Of a stretch of DNA of 64,000 bases, positions 1 through 10,607 are shown piece by piece; the first letter of the stretch is position 1, and every line of letters begins with the position of its first letter. A program made the position numbers and the translations under genes. Under the pieces are notes generated by a model that had not been told where the DNA came from, ran no database searches, and saw nothing but the letters and a program-made list of their open reading frames with translations. The DNA is from Leidyana gryllorum EB-2025a (taxonomy: Eukaryota > Protista > Apicomplexa). The DNA is taken from assembly GCA_048772705.1 (NCBI GenBank), contig JBLWGC010000104.1, positions 1,116,001 to 1,180,000 on the forward strand, read 5' to 3'.

Positions 1-1685
1 CGCGCCTGGACTGTGGGCCAATTACGCCTGCACCAGTCACTGTAAGTCACTTCCGAAGCCAATATCTCGAAAGATTTGCCGAATTCTGGATATCCTTTCA
101 TGGTGGCCCACCTCGTTGCCTGGGCAGTTGGTGGCTGACAAACCTCAACCTCCGCCCACGAGTATTCTCGCTGACTATCGATTCGCGATTCTGGAAAGGT
201 GAAGAAAGTTTCTTCCATCCTCTGCATCAAGTCTTTCGAAACTTCAGTCTTGTGCCACGCAGATGAGGGAAGTGTGGAGAGAAGTTGCCACGCTTCTGGT
301 TGCGCCGAGCCGTCGGATGCTGAGCTATCGAATTCGAGGTGGATACTGTTGAATTGTTGTTGTACAGTTCGTGCCACGATGGTCGTCGGACCATCGCATC
401 CAATATAGCCATTGTTGATGACTGTGTTCGTCAATTTGGTGGGCGACTTGCGCTTCAACTCTTCCGGTGATCGTGGCTTTAGTAAATTGTCTCCATCGTC
501 CACTCCATCGGCAGGAATGATGTGCAGCTCCTTCTCAACATACAAATTGCCATAGTTCACGAATTTCGAGGCGATTTGAATTTGGGCGATTCCACCAAGC
601 TCTGTGCCGTCTTCGGGGTCCAGCACGATGATGTCCCCACCATCCGACACCCTTCCACCGTTCTCAAAGGAGTCGCTTATAGTCAGTAAATTGGAAGTCT
701 TTACGCGTCCGGTGTTCGTCACTTTGTGTCGAGGGCTAACCACATCAACCTCACCGCCCTCGATGAGACCACGCAGTGTGATGGGTCCCTCATCAGCGAA
801 TAAGAGCACCTTTTCCGTGGTCGCGAGTTGTCCGTTGAGATCGATCCCCTCTCGCCCCCACCCAACGATAACCAGATCAGTGCTCAACCGCAAGTCCGAA
901 TCGGCTGAGGTCCACGGGGCCTCACATTTTATGAGGACGAGACTCAGATGATTGTCGCTCGACTTCGTGGCCAGGGGTGCTAGATGGGATTCGATGTCGA
1001 CCCTCTTCGTCTTGGCGGTTGGGGACAGTTCCATATGAAGGTGCCGACGTTGGGCGTCTGAGGGGTCAGCGGTCCAGTGGTAAGTGTTACCCTGGCACAC
1101 GATAGTGAGGTCGTCCATACAGTGAACCTTCTCAAGGCCTCGAACTCCGCTTCCGCCCTCCACCTTCCAGGCACAGTGACGTCCCGTAGTGTCATGCTGC
1201 ACAAGTCGTAGTAACTCATGGACTAGCGTCGCATCCAGGGCTATCTCTTTGCTAATGCGATAAGTTATAATATCGGTATTCTCCGCTCCTCGTTCAAGTT
1301 GCATTTCTTGAATGAAGGCGACGACCGTCTTTGGATTTGTATTGAAATGGCCATTTTGTGGCTTAGTGATTCTAACAGGGAGCTCAAAATGGAAAGGAGC
1401 CCCAGCGGTCCACTCGGGGGCGACCACAGATATAGCAAGTTTCACTGTGCGAAATTGATTGCGATGCATTAAAGACGTCAGATACGCTAATTCAACGAGA
1501 TCGAGCGTCGATTTAAATTGAATGTTCATAATCCACGTGCCATCTTTACGTGTCCAGTGTGTTCCAGCAGCTGCAGCTTCCAGAAAGGAAGTGCCGCGCT
1601 TGTCATTTTTCACTTCATTTGATAGGGGTACGAGAGAAGTGAACACTTGCAACAACTCTATCAATTTAGAACCAAACATCGTCAT
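1..1685 (-). CDS. Large uncharacterised FHA-like repeat family protein, member A (5' part; runs off the left edge)
   Basis: Missing from the ORF track because it has no stop in the window. My translation from ATG 1685 (MTMFGSKLIELL...HWTRKDGTWIMNI...WKVEGGSGVRGLEKVHC...VTNTGRVKTSNLLTISDSFENG...REYSWAEVEVCQPPT...WATMKGYPEFGKSFE) is open to base 1 and collinear with 7098..10553. Confidence 0.85.
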   Translation of the reverse strand, partial: MTMFGSKLIELLQVFTSLVPLSNEVKNDKRGTSFLEAAAAGTHWTRKDGTWIMNIQFKSTLDLVELAYLTSLMHRNQFRTVKLAISVVAPEWTAGAPFHFELPVRITKPQNGHFNTNPKTVVAFIQEMQLERGAENTDIITYRISKEIALDATLVHELLRLVQHDTTGRHCAWKVEGGSGVRGLEKVHCMDDLTIVCQGNTYHWTADPSDAQRRHLHMELSPTAKTKRVDIESHLAPLATKSSDNHLSLVLIKCEAPWTSADSDLRLSTDLVIVGWGREGIDLNGQLATTEKVLLFADEGPITLRGLIEGGEVDVVSPRHKVTNTGRVKTSNLLTISDSFENGGRVSDGGDIIVLDPEDGTELGGIAQIQIASKFVNYGNLYVEKELHIIPADGVDDGDNLLKPRSPEELKRKSPTKLTNTVINNGYIGCDGPTTIVARTVQQQFNSIHLEFDSSASDGSAQPEAWQLLSTLPSSAWHKTEVSKDLMQRMEETFFTFPESRIDSQREYSWAEVEVCQPPTAQATRWATMKGYPEFGKSFEILASEVTYSDWCRRNWPTVQA

Positions 1686-2026
1686 TGAAATGGAAGATAT
1701 ACACACGCAGATCTTTTGCGCAGATGCAAATCGTTTCGGGCTGTCAGGGGCAGCGAGGTTTCGCAACGCCACAAGTAGGTGGCGAAATTTCGGAGACGTC
1801 GCCCTATTTACCTGTCTATGAAGCGGATCAGCGTTGCTTTGTAACATTATTGAGACGTTCTCTCGCGGTTCCGCACTTTGCTGCTGTGGGAAGAGGTCTG
1901 TGAAATGGGGACTCAGTGTAGCAGATCACTACATGTTTTTGATGTGCGATCGTGTCGACACACCTAGGCGTGCGGCAGATCACCCTCACTCGAGATCTTC
2001 TCGCCCTTAAAATTTGGTATACTGGG

Positions 2027-5000
2027 ATGGAGGCCAGTGAGCCGTCGTGGTACCGTGGAATACGAACAGAGAGGCGGGTTGCTCTGTGGCTATCTGAGTG
2101 TTATCCAGAGACGTTGATCACGAGACATGGTAGGGAGACTCACATTCATTTGACCTTCAGAGGTGTTGTCGATCTCACGAAACTCGGGCACTATACGTAT
2201 GTTATCAAAACGCGTAAGCCCGCATACATAACTTGTTCTATAGTTGTGACGGCAAAGAGCCTCAACTGGAAAAGCCCTACTCACTTTCATGTTAATTCAC
2301 TTGTATCCATTGAACCCGATGAGAGTAAACTACGGAGGAAGACCTGCATGAACTCGATTGAGACCCTGAGTTTGACTGGGAGTTCTACCGAAGGCGGTCA
2401 AGAGACACTGAGACTCACAACTTTCCCAGGCGCAACATTGAGTGGTCGCTTTTTGAGCCACCTCAGTCAATGGATCCAATGCCAATCCCCGTCTCCTAGT
2501 GATTGTCGCCTCGAAGTCCACGCTTACAAGATCGTTCAAATTAACTATTCCTTGTGGATACGGCCTGCGACTTTCTACTCTCTGAACGGTTTATTTGGTG
2601 AATGTGAAGTTTCTCGCATCCTCACTTTGGAGAGATCGGTATCGGTGGAAGTGTGCGGCAACACCGCAGTGACTAACTCAAGGCTGAGAACGATCATCGA
2701 GACTGTGATGAGGTATCAGGAGCCCGGAAAAGCCTCGAGCCCTATTACTGTAATTGCCGATCACTTTGCCATATCCGGCTCGAAACCCTTCAATATATCA
2801 ATCCCCCTCACTCTGATTGCCTTGGGATCAAAGGGAATCCGATTAGAGGGCACAATCAGCGTTCGTGATGCCTCTTTCGTCTGTGATGCTCTGATCGGGC
2901 CCATTGTAATTGCTGGTTCGCTCCGTGGCCAAAACATCGAGCTGCGTGCCCCAAACAACGATGTCACCAATCATGTTTCCAGTAATTTCGAAAATTCGGC
3001 AATCTGTATTGTTGCACGAACAGTGAAATCGGCGACATTACGCATCTGTGATGCCTCTTGGATCGACCCCGGGTATCGTATTCGGCAATTTCTCAATCAA
3101 TGCAAACGACAGCGATGGATGCCATACCAGGAAGGGCGCTATCGCTGGGGACTGGAGTTTCCAACAGATCTCAACTTATCGGTGCTGGGTCACCTCACCG
3201 CATGTTTGAAGGAACACCTGCAGAAGGATACCCTCTCAAAAGTCTCTATTGAGGCAACGGCTCCGTCCTGGAGCTTGAAGGGCCCGTGCCACTTTCACGT
3301 TCCAGTTGTCATCCGAAAATTGAGAGACCCCGAAAACCAATCGAGAGACTCCGAAAACCTTGTGAAGACGGATGTACTGAACATGATGGACTCCATCGAG
3401 CTGGTGGGAGCTGCAGAAGGGAACCACCAATCTCTAACGCTCCGCACGGACTCCAAAGAAGACATTGATTTAGTCGAATTGGCGAAACTGAGTCTGTGGA
3501 TTCAGTCAGAGAGCTCACCAGACTCGTGCAGTCTCGTTCTCTACGCTGCTGGAGGAAAAGGCGCCGCCTCTTGTTACTTTGCACGTGACTTTGTTCTCCA
3601 CCACAACGTTGTGACATGGAAATGGGTTGCGGCGAGAACGGGAGGCGACGAACGACACTTGTGTATCGAGTGGTCTGATCATGCGCAGCTGTTGAGGATA
3701 TCAACGTTTCTCGCCGTCGCCACGGAGCGCAGATCTGTCAACAAGATCGACAAGGTCGTCCTCAAAGCGAAATACTTTGACACGAGCGAAGAGACGAAGA
3801 CGAATCGTCAAAAGATGCATGGAGACAGTGCACTCGGAGGAGTCAACAGTGATCAGAGAAGCTTTGCCATCGACTGTGGAATCCCATTGTCTCTGATAGC
3901 GGCTGAAGCTGGCGGCATCACTCTAACTATACCGTTGAGGGTGACGGAAGTATTAGTGTGTTGTGCTAAGAAGGGGCCCATCAGACTGGAATCTCACATT
4001 CGGGCAAACTATGTGGAGCTGTTAAGTCCTACGAGTCGAGTGGTCAATATCGGTGTGTTGGCCGTCTCGCATCTGGAGGTTACTGCTCGAGTTTTCCACA
4101 ATTCGTCGCAGGACGCCCGTAATGGAACAAAAGCTAAGGGTAAACGGCCCGAAGTCATAGTTCTCGACGACGACGGAAGAGGAGTGGCCATTTTTCGCGT
4201 ACTTTCCTTCCTCAATTATGAGGGCAGCATTTACGCTAATCATTCTCTGATAATCTCCACCTCCTGCCTCGATGAAGTGGAAGATGGCCCCTATGGCATA
4301 TATATTGAGGATGAGCTTCGTGGAGCAGTGGTGAATTCGGGATACATCGCTTGTCGCGGCGAGATCGCCGTTTCTGCCAGTCGACTCGTCATGGAGTACG
4401 CGAAGATTGGAAGTGATCTGAGAAGACTGACGAGCTCTACTTGGAGAGGCGACTGGGTCAACTTGGCAGAGGCCGTTACGCCTGAACACTTTTCGGCACA
4501 ACTTAAACGGAGAATCGAACAGACCCACTTTATATTCCCCACCGAGAATGGCGACAGTGCACATTACACATGGTCAGAAGTCGGAGTGAATTTTCCTCCA
4601 ACACAAGATGCAACAGCGTGGGCAACAATTCGACGTTATCCGGAATTTGGAAAGACTTTCTCTGTTGTGGCTGATACGACCACTTGGACTGAATTCGTTG
4701 CACGCTGGCCCAGGATCGATTGGGCTGAAGAGGAGATGGCTTTGGTGGATAAAATTTCCTCAGCCTTCGCACCCAAGTGTGGCAGCGGGATGGTGCTCTC
4801 CACCGTGGAAGGCAAAGTATTCTGGGCGCGCTCCGGCACAATTGCTGGTGTGTACACCTCCACTCCTTGCCGGAAATGCACCTTCTTGAAACCTCTTCCC
4901 CGCAACGATGTCGCCTTGATCCGACAGGCCGACGACAAAGTGTTACACTCAAAGTTTGTGGAGGTTGAATATCATCATGCCGTCCCTGACTTCCGCGCAC

Positions 5001-6448
5001 TCACTCAGTCCCAGGCGCACAAACTCCTCGCAGCTCTCGATCCTTCTGAAGTCCCAATGCTGTTTGCCGGTGGTGATCTGCTTCTGGAAGTAAATAATGC
5101 AAAGATCACTGCGGGCATCATATGCTCCAAAGGGGGTCAAGTGACAGCGCCTCTCCTCAACCTCCAGAACCATATGAAGGGGCTCGATGTGACAGTTGAT
5201 ATAGAGGAAGTGGAGCGTCGTCATCAACATCGGGGGTGCACTCATCAAGTGCCGACCTTCTCGAGCTTCATGTCCTGGCTCTTTACACCGCCGCCGACGT
5301 TACGTTTCTCATCCACCAACGATCGTCACGAACGCCCAGCGAAGCCACAAATATCCCTCAACTTGGGAGACTACTTTCAGACCAAATCCGAGACGGGCCT
5401 CAGGACGGGCCTGGAAGATCGCCTGAGGATTTGTCAAAGAGTGTACGACAGAGTGATGGGTGCATCGAATGCTGGCGAGACGCCGGCCCTCAACGCTCAA
5501 GCGGAGAGGGCGTGCGAAGAATTGGACGAACGTGGCCGTCTCATGCGGACAGTGCTGCAACTCCAATTTTCCACGATCCAGAACTTGTTAAGAGTAGTCT
5601 TCGAGATCACTGTGGCCTCCCCCTCGGACTGGCCCCAAGTCCTCGACAAATTACGTTCACCACCTTCACTGCAGGACCCCCTCACTGCTTTAGGAGAGCA
5701 ACGACTGAGAAGAGTTCTCGATCGCATGAGCTCTCTCGAGAGAGACACCATGGTTGGCATAATGATCTCGTTCTTCTTGTCCTTTCCTTCACCGCACCAG
5801 GTGTGCGTCCCGAACTCTCGATGTTTCGTTGGTCTCAAACGACTGACTCTTTGCGCCCAACAACTCCGTTCGAGTTCCCGAGTGCAGAAGGAATCAAATC
5901 CTACTGCTACAGACGTCGCCCAGAACGGTTGGTGCACCTACCGTCTGAACAGTCGACTTACGATTCGACCGGAAGATTCCGATAATCAGGTGTTTGAGAT
6001 CTGGCAGCAGAACATCGCGTCGGACACTCTGGCTGACGCTTATGCATACTGCTTCAGACCTGTGCTTGAGCACCAAGGTGTACAGACTACTCTTCCGCCA
6101 CTTTGTGACGAGAAGTTGAAGCCTCTTCCACGACCCAGAGGCTTACATCCAGATCTGCGAGAGAGTGAGATCGGAGCGTCAACTGGGAACACCGAGGTGG
6201 GAACAAAGTACACTATCCCCCCGCAAGTGAAAGATGCAACACGGCGGTGTATTAAAGCTGTTGGTGCCTACTTGGCTTCGGCACTCCTTTGTTTCCTCGG
6301 CGTAGAAGCGCCGGGTGCAGCGGCCGCTATCAAATTGGCTTCTGGCCGCGATCCCGCCAAAGCGGGAGGCGACCTCCTTTGGTTCATTTGTCGAACCGCT
6401 CTCAGCATCTGGCGGTCTGACTTGGCTGAGCAGTTCGATTCAGCGTGA
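2027..6448 (+). CDS. Large uncharacterised FHA-like repeat family protein, member B (about 1473 aa, duplicated N-terminal module)
   Basis: Single intronless ORF (open from 1952, first ATG 2027). Shares YTWSEV, WATIRRYPEFGKTF, TPCRKC, YHHAVPD, CFVGL and AYC.PV blocks with 7098..10553. Confidence 0.88.
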   Translation: MEASEPSWYRGIRTERRVALWLSECYPETLITRHGRETHIHLTFRGVVDLTKLGHYTYVIKTRKPAYITCSIVVTAKSLNWKSPTHFHVNSLVSIEPDESKLRRKTCMNSIETLSLTGSSTEGGQETLRLTTFPGATLSGRFLSHLSQWIQCQSPSPSDCRLEVHAYKIVQINYSLWIRPATFYSLNGLFGECEVSRILTLERSVSVEVCGNTAVTNSRLRTIIETVMRYQEPGKASSPITVIADHFAISGSKPFNISIPLTLIALGSKGIRLEGTISVRDASFVCDALIGPIVIAGSLRGQNIELRAPNNDVTNHVSSNFENSAICIVARTVKSATLRICDASWIDPGYRIRQFLNQCKRQRWMPYQEGRYRWGLEFPTDLNLSVLGHLTACLKEHLQKDTLSKVSIEATAPSWSLKGPCHFHVPVVIRKLRDPENQSRDSENLVKTDVLNMMDSIELVGAAEGNHQSLTLRTDSKEDIDLVELAKLSLWIQSESSPDSCSLVLYAAGGKGAASCYFARDFVLHHNVVTWKWVAARTGGDERHLCIEWSDHAQLLRISTFLAVATERRSVNKIDKVVLKAKYFDTSEETKTNRQKMHGDSALGGVNSDQRSFAIDCGIPLSLIAAEAGGITLTIPLRVTEVLVCCAKKGPIRLESHIRANYVELLSPTSRVVNIGVLAVSHLEVTARVFHNSSQDARNGTKAKGKRPEVIVLDDDGRGVAIFRVLSFLNYEGSIYANHSLIISTSCLDEVEDGPYGIYIEDELRGAVVNSGYIACRGEIAVSASRLVMEYAKIGSDLRRLTSSTWRGDWVNLAEAVTPEHFSAQLKRRIEQTHFIFPTENGDSAHYTWSEVGVNFPPTQDATAWATIRRYPEFGKTFSVVADTTTWTEFVARWPRIDWAEEEMALVDKISSAFAPKCGSGMVLSTVEGKVFWARSGTIAGVYTSTPCRKCTFLKPLPRNDVALIRQADDKVLHSKFVEVEYHHAVPDFRALTQSQAHKLLAALDPSEVPMLFAGGDLLLEVNNAKITAGIICSKGGQVTAPLLNLQNHMKGLDVTVDIEEVERRHQHRGCTHQVPTFSSFMSWLFTPPPTLRFSSTNDRHERPAKPQISLNLGDYFQTKSETGLRTGLEDRLRICQRVYDRVMGASNAGETPALNAQAERACEELDERGRLMRTVLQLQFSTIQNLLRVVFEITVASPSDWPQVLDKLRSPPSLQDPLTALGEQRLRRVLDRMSSLERDTMVGIMISFFLSFPSPHQVCVPNSRCFVGLKRLTLCAQQLRSSSRVQKESNPTATDVAQNGWCTYRLNSRLTIRPEDSDNQVFEIWQQNIASDTLADAYAYCFRPVLEHQGVQTTLPPLCDEKLKPLPRPRGLHPDLRESEIGASTGNTEVGTKYTIPPQVKDATRRCIKAVGAYLASALLCFLGVEAPGAAAAIKLASGRDPAKAGGDLLWFICRTALSIWRSDLAEQFDSA

Positions 6449-6531
6449 AAGATTGTCACCTGGGAACTCCCGCTGCCGCGATCGATGACATAAAATGTCA
6501 CGAATGTTTGATCCAAAAATCAGACTCGTGG

Positions 6532-6939
6532 ATGCTGGAGGGAGAAGGGGAAGAGTTGATGAGTGGGCTGAGACCACCGGTAGTCCACCGCCCAGACACC
6601 GGGCTTCGAGCTCCTTTCTACTCAGTCTGTCCGGAGACGGGCTTGCATTGGCGTCAAACATCACGCAGTCTTCTAAACTGTATCGCTCCGAGCTGCGCTC
6701 ACCGAAACCGCCGCTTCCTACTGGATAGAATGTCTCTTTCCAGTCCAAAGACGGCATTCCTATCGATGACGGGATGTCTCGATGTCTTCGATATGAGCTA
6801 CATTGATTGGGATAGAGATGTTAGGGACAGACTCTATCTCACCGCCAACTACAGAATCCCCACTGTGGCCCGTGAGGACTCTCTCGCAGATCCATCATTG
6901 TACATATTTGGTTCCAAGGCATTTGAGTACAGAGAATGA
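6532..6939 (+). CDS. Hypothetical protein (about 135 aa, Cys/His-containing)
   Basis: Only ORF filling the gap between members B and C; no recognisable family. Confidence 0.3.
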   Translation: MLEGEGEELMSGLRPPVVHRPDTGLRAPFYSVCPETGLHWRQTSRSLLNCIAPSCAHRNRRFLLDRMSLSSPKTAFLSMTGCLDVFDMSYIDWDRDVRDRLYLTANYRIPTVAREDSLADPSLYIFGSKAFEYRE

Positions 6940-7097
6940 CGAAGGGGGGACATAGCAAAATAAACTTTGTTCAGTGGCATTCTCACTCCCTCCCGATGGG
7001 GGGTATTCACATCAGCAGGGACTCGATCACTCTCCGCCCAATTTCTGCCCCAATCATATTACTCATTCGCTCCGGCTGAGTTTTGCTCTCCTCGAGC

Positions 7098-10000
7098 TCA
7101 TCTGGGGTGAAACCTTTGCCTTCCCATAGATTCACAACATTTTTGCACAAGATGGCGACGATCATGGCCTGAGTCAAGTACCCTCCACACGGCAGAAGCG
7201 GTGGCTGGGCATTTCTTGCAGACAGTTTTCGCAAGCTGTAGTGTCACCGCCATGAGAACGCCACGCTCCAAACACAGCGACACTCGGGCCCAATCAATGC
7301 CGTCTTGGCTATCGGTGGGGGCCGTTTCGCTCATGAAACCACGCTGTTTACGAGTTGGAGAGACTTTCTCGTGACGCTCGGTGGGACGATCGAGAAGCGC
7401 CCGCTGGCCTGCTCTCGGACTCGACTTCTTGTGAAACCGTCTGTCAGTGACCACGGGATTGTAGCAGTAAGCGAAAGAATCACTGAAAGTCTGATACTCC
7501 TGGTTGTGTTGCCATATTCTGATCACCTCGGCGGCTGCATCCTCTGCGCGAATTTTGATTTCATACTGATAGCGCTGTAAGACCCAATGGAGAGATGTAT
7601 CGAGATCTCGAGGTTGAAGCGACTCATTGATCTCGCAAACTTGTCGGAGTCCTACGAAGCATACAGTGTTTGCTTCGCAGTATAGAGTGGGATCAGTGGA
7701 GTCCAAGAAGTATCTTTTCAGAATGAGCTCCACGGCGACTCTCTCCTCAAAGCTGAGGGACTCCAGCCAGATTCGAAGTCGTTCATCCTCAGACGTCTCG
7801 ACGGCATCGTTGAGTGTTCTGACGCGCAGACGCTTCTTCCATTCATTATCCAAATCCCATGTGATGTTATAGACGGCGTGTAAGAGTGGTGGCAACAGGT
7901 TCGTTTCCAACTGGTCCAAGGTCCACTCCAATTGCTCGATACCACACTCCCCATTGTTGATGGTCTCCACTGCTGTCGACGACGAGGACTCCTGGATCAT
8001 CTTAGAAGCCAGAGCCTGATAGAGGTCAACCATGTCCTGCAACAAAGTTCTCCGTGCCGCATCGGGCCCCCGCAAAAAGACCTCTCCAAATACGACAGAA
8101 ATACGTGACGCTGAGTCCGTACCATTATGCCCGCGTCCCTCCTCCTTGGCCCGTCCTCGAGCCCTTGAGTTGACCACGTATCTATAGCCTGCTTGTGCCC
8201 CTTTGATAACGAAGGGCGCAGCCATGACTACTGCCGCGGTTGGGGCACTCCCCAGCAATAGAACCGTGCTGGTGGCAGCCATGGCAACAGGTGTGAGGAA
8301 CCTTGTAGGATTTCGGGAATGAGGGCATACGGGATGTTCTTTCTCGAGGCACATCTCGATTACGGGCACTTTGATCGTTGCACGCTCGGTGAGACCCTCT
8401 TGTGTGCTAGATCGTGTATAGGGATAGGTGATACGTGTGTTGGACCACACAATACCAGCAACAATTTGGGCTTTTTCCACCGTCAGGGTCAATACACCTC
8501 CCGTGAAGATAGATGGAACGCGTGTGTGACGAAGTTGTTCTCGACGGAGCCGTTCCATCGCCTTTTTGGATGCACATCGAAGGTCGGGTATCGAATGGTG
8601 ATACGCCCGCTCGATAACCTTGGAGTACGGGCGTGGAGTCCCGCCGTACGCCTCTCTCTCTATACGTGGCCACATGAAGCGGCACTGACGGCAAGGTGTG
8701 TTCTCAAAGGTATCAATCAAACTCGTAGACACCCAGAAGCGTTTGCCCGACTCTGTTTGCAGGACCGACCCTGCACCAGAGGGTTGAGGCTGATTTTGCT
8801 CCAAATAAGAAGTCACAGTGCTGTCTCCGCGTCCGAGCGCGAATCTCTGACCCTCACCGCAATCAAACTTCCCCCTGTCGCTCCAAATCACTTTTGACCC
8901 CACAACCTCAAAGGACTGGCCGAGCTCAGGGAATCCTTTCAGCGTGGCCCATTTTTTCGCCTCCGGTGTCGGTGGTCGGCAAATCTCCACCTCCGACCAC
9001 GAGTACTCGCGCTCACTGTCGATCGGCGACTCAGGAAACTTGAAAAAGGTTTCCCTTCCCATCTGCGACAGCCATTTGGGGAGGTCACACCCGTCCAACG
9101 CAGATGAAGGAACTGTAGACAACAATTGCCACTCCATATCTCCAACCTCATAGTCCTCCATGTCGTCGATATCGAGGTCGATGCTCTCGAACCGTTGCTC
9201 CAGATCCTTAGCGATGATCAGGGTGGGGCCATCGCAAGCAATGTTCCCCATGTTGGTGACGGAGTTCCGCAAATTAACAGGTGATGTTGACGTCAAGGAT
9301 CGCAGAGATCGGTGTCTCGTCAGTCCTTCTGCCTCTGAAATGTCTCCAAGAGGAACGATCTGCAGCGTTCTCTGTGCGTAGATATTCTTGTAGTTTCGGA
9401 AGCTCGTGGCGACCTGAATTTGGGCGCATCCACCGGCTTGTTTGCCGTCTCCCTGGTCGAAAACGAGGATGTCGCCTCCATTGTTGTCCAGTCTCGTGTC
9501 TTCGCCATTTTCGAAGCAGTCTGCTATTATCAGCAGTTTAGAAGCCTTCAGTCGTCCCATATTACGCACTTTGTATTCCGGACTTATCAGGCCAACGTCT
9601 AACCCTGTGAGAGAACCAGTCACCACAATGGGTCCTTCCTTGGCGAGCAACATTACATTCCCAGTCGTCGTCATATCTCCGTTGAGACCAATCCCTTCAG
9701 ATCCGCTTCCAATTACGATGAGATCGAAATTCACCTCCAACTTGGTGCCTCCATCAGTCCACGGCAGGGAGCATTGAATGGTCACCAGCTTCACGCGATT
9801 GATGTCCCGACTCTTGGCAATGGGGGCCAGATGGTGTTGCAAATCTGTTCGCATATCTTGGGAATATCTGTCGAGTTCGATACTGAGATGTCGACATCGA
9901 GCGTCTGAGGGGTCAGCAGTCCAGTGGAATGTCTCTCCCTGACACACGATGGTAAGATCGTCCGTACAGTGAACCTTCTCAAAGCCTCGAACTCCGCTTC

Positions 10001-10553
10001 CGCCCTCCACCTTCCACGAACAGCGACGTCCCGCGGAGTCATGCTGCAGAAGCCGTAGTAACTCTCCAATTACTGCCGCATTCGCTGAAAAATCATCATA
10101 AAGGCGATAAGTGATAATGTCGGTGTCCTCGGGCCCCCGTTCTAACTGAATTTCTTCAACGACGTCGGATGTGTTCTCTGACTCCACTTTGAGAGGCCCA
10201 TTTGGGGGCTTTCTGATCCGGAATGGAAGCTCGAATTTGAGCGAAGTACCAAACTTCCATTGGGACGCCAATACAGATACCATAACATTCACGTTGGGAG
10301 AGAGATGTCGACTTATCACTGCCGTCAGATACGCCAAGTCGGCAAGGTCGAGGAACTTTACTGATTCGATCTCCATTGTCCATGTACCATCTTCGTGCGT
10401 CCACTTCGGCGCAGCAGCCGCGGCGCCCAGGAAGGCACTGCAGCGTTCGTCATCTCTCACTGCGCGTTTCACGAGTCGCAGGTTACTCCAGACTCTCCAC
10501 CAGCCCACAAGTGTCCGCCACAACTCGACCACCGCCCAGAAGAGGCCCACCAT
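7098..10553 (-). CDS. Large uncharacterised FHA-like repeat family protein, member C (1151 aa)
   Basis: Intronless ORF and full-length paralogue of A and B, with N-x-G-x-[IL]-x-A type rungs (VRNMGRLKASKLLIIA, FRNYKNIYAQRTLQI, VTNMGNIACDGPTLIIA). Confidence 0.9.
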   Translation of the reverse strand: MVGLFWAVVELWRTLVGWWRVWSNLRLVKRAVRDDERCSAFLGAAAAAPKWTHEDGTWTMEIESVKFLDLADLAYLTAVISRHLSPNVNVMVSVLASQWKFGTSLKFELPFRIRKPPNGPLKVESENTSDVVEEIQLERGPEDTDIITYRLYDDFSANAAVIGELLRLLQHDSAGRRCSWKVEGGSGVRGFEKVHCTDDLTIVCQGETFHWTADPSDARCRHLSIELDRYSQDMRTDLQHHLAPIAKSRDINRVKLVTIQCSLPWTDGGTKLEVNFDLIVIGSGSEGIGLNGDMTTTGNVMLLAKEGPIVVTGSLTGLDVGLISPEYKVRNMGRLKASKLLIIADCFENGEDTRLDNNGGDILVFDQGDGKQAGGCAQIQVATSFRNYKNIYAQRTLQIVPLGDISEAEGLTRHRSLRSLTSTSPVNLRNSVTNMGNIACDGPTLIIAKDLEQRFESIDLDIDDMEDYEVGDMEWQLLSTVPSSALDGCDLPKWLSQMGRETFFKFPESPIDSEREYSWSEVEICRPPTPEAKKWATLKGFPELGQSFEVVGSKVIWSDRGKFDCGEGQRFALGRGDSTVTSYLEQNQPQPSGAGSVLQTESGKRFWVSTSLIDTFENTPCRQCRFMWPRIEREAYGGTPRPYSKVIERAYHHSIPDLRCASKKAMERLRREQLRHTRVPSIFTGGVLTLTVEKAQIVAGIVWSNTRITYPYTRSSTQEGLTERATIKVPVIEMCLEKEHPVCPHSRNPTRFLTPVAMAATSTVLLLGSAPTAAVVMAAPFVIKGAQAGYRYVVNSRARGRAKEEGRGHNGTDSASRISVVFGEVFLRGPDAARRTLLQDMVDLYQALASKMIQESSSSTAVETINNGECGIEQLEWTLDQLETNLLPPLLHAVYNITWDLDNEWKKRLRVRTLNDAVETSEDERLRIWLESLSFEERVAVELILKRYFLDSTDPTLYCEANTVCFVGLRQVCEINESLQPRDLDTSLHWVLQRYQYEIKIRAEDAAAEVIRIWQHNQEYQTFSDSFAYCYNPVVTDRRFHKKSSPRAGQRALLDRPTERHEKVSPTRKQRGFMSETAPTDSQDGIDWARVSLCLERGVLMAVTLQLAKTVCKKCPATASAVWRVLDSGHDRRHLVQKCCESMGRQRFHPR

Positions 10554-10607
10554 GATACAATGGAAAAAGTTTTAAAACTGGATCTCGATCAGGGGGATGG
10601 GTACAAT

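Noticed and set aside
5300-8300. Polymorphic-toxin model (swappable C-terminal toxin plus immunity gene)
   Set aside because: The C-terminal domains of B and C are homologous (CFVGL, IWQ.N, AYC.PV) and only the last 80 or so aa vary. There is no VENN/TPS motif or TpsB partner, and nothing supports 6532-6939 as an immunity gene.
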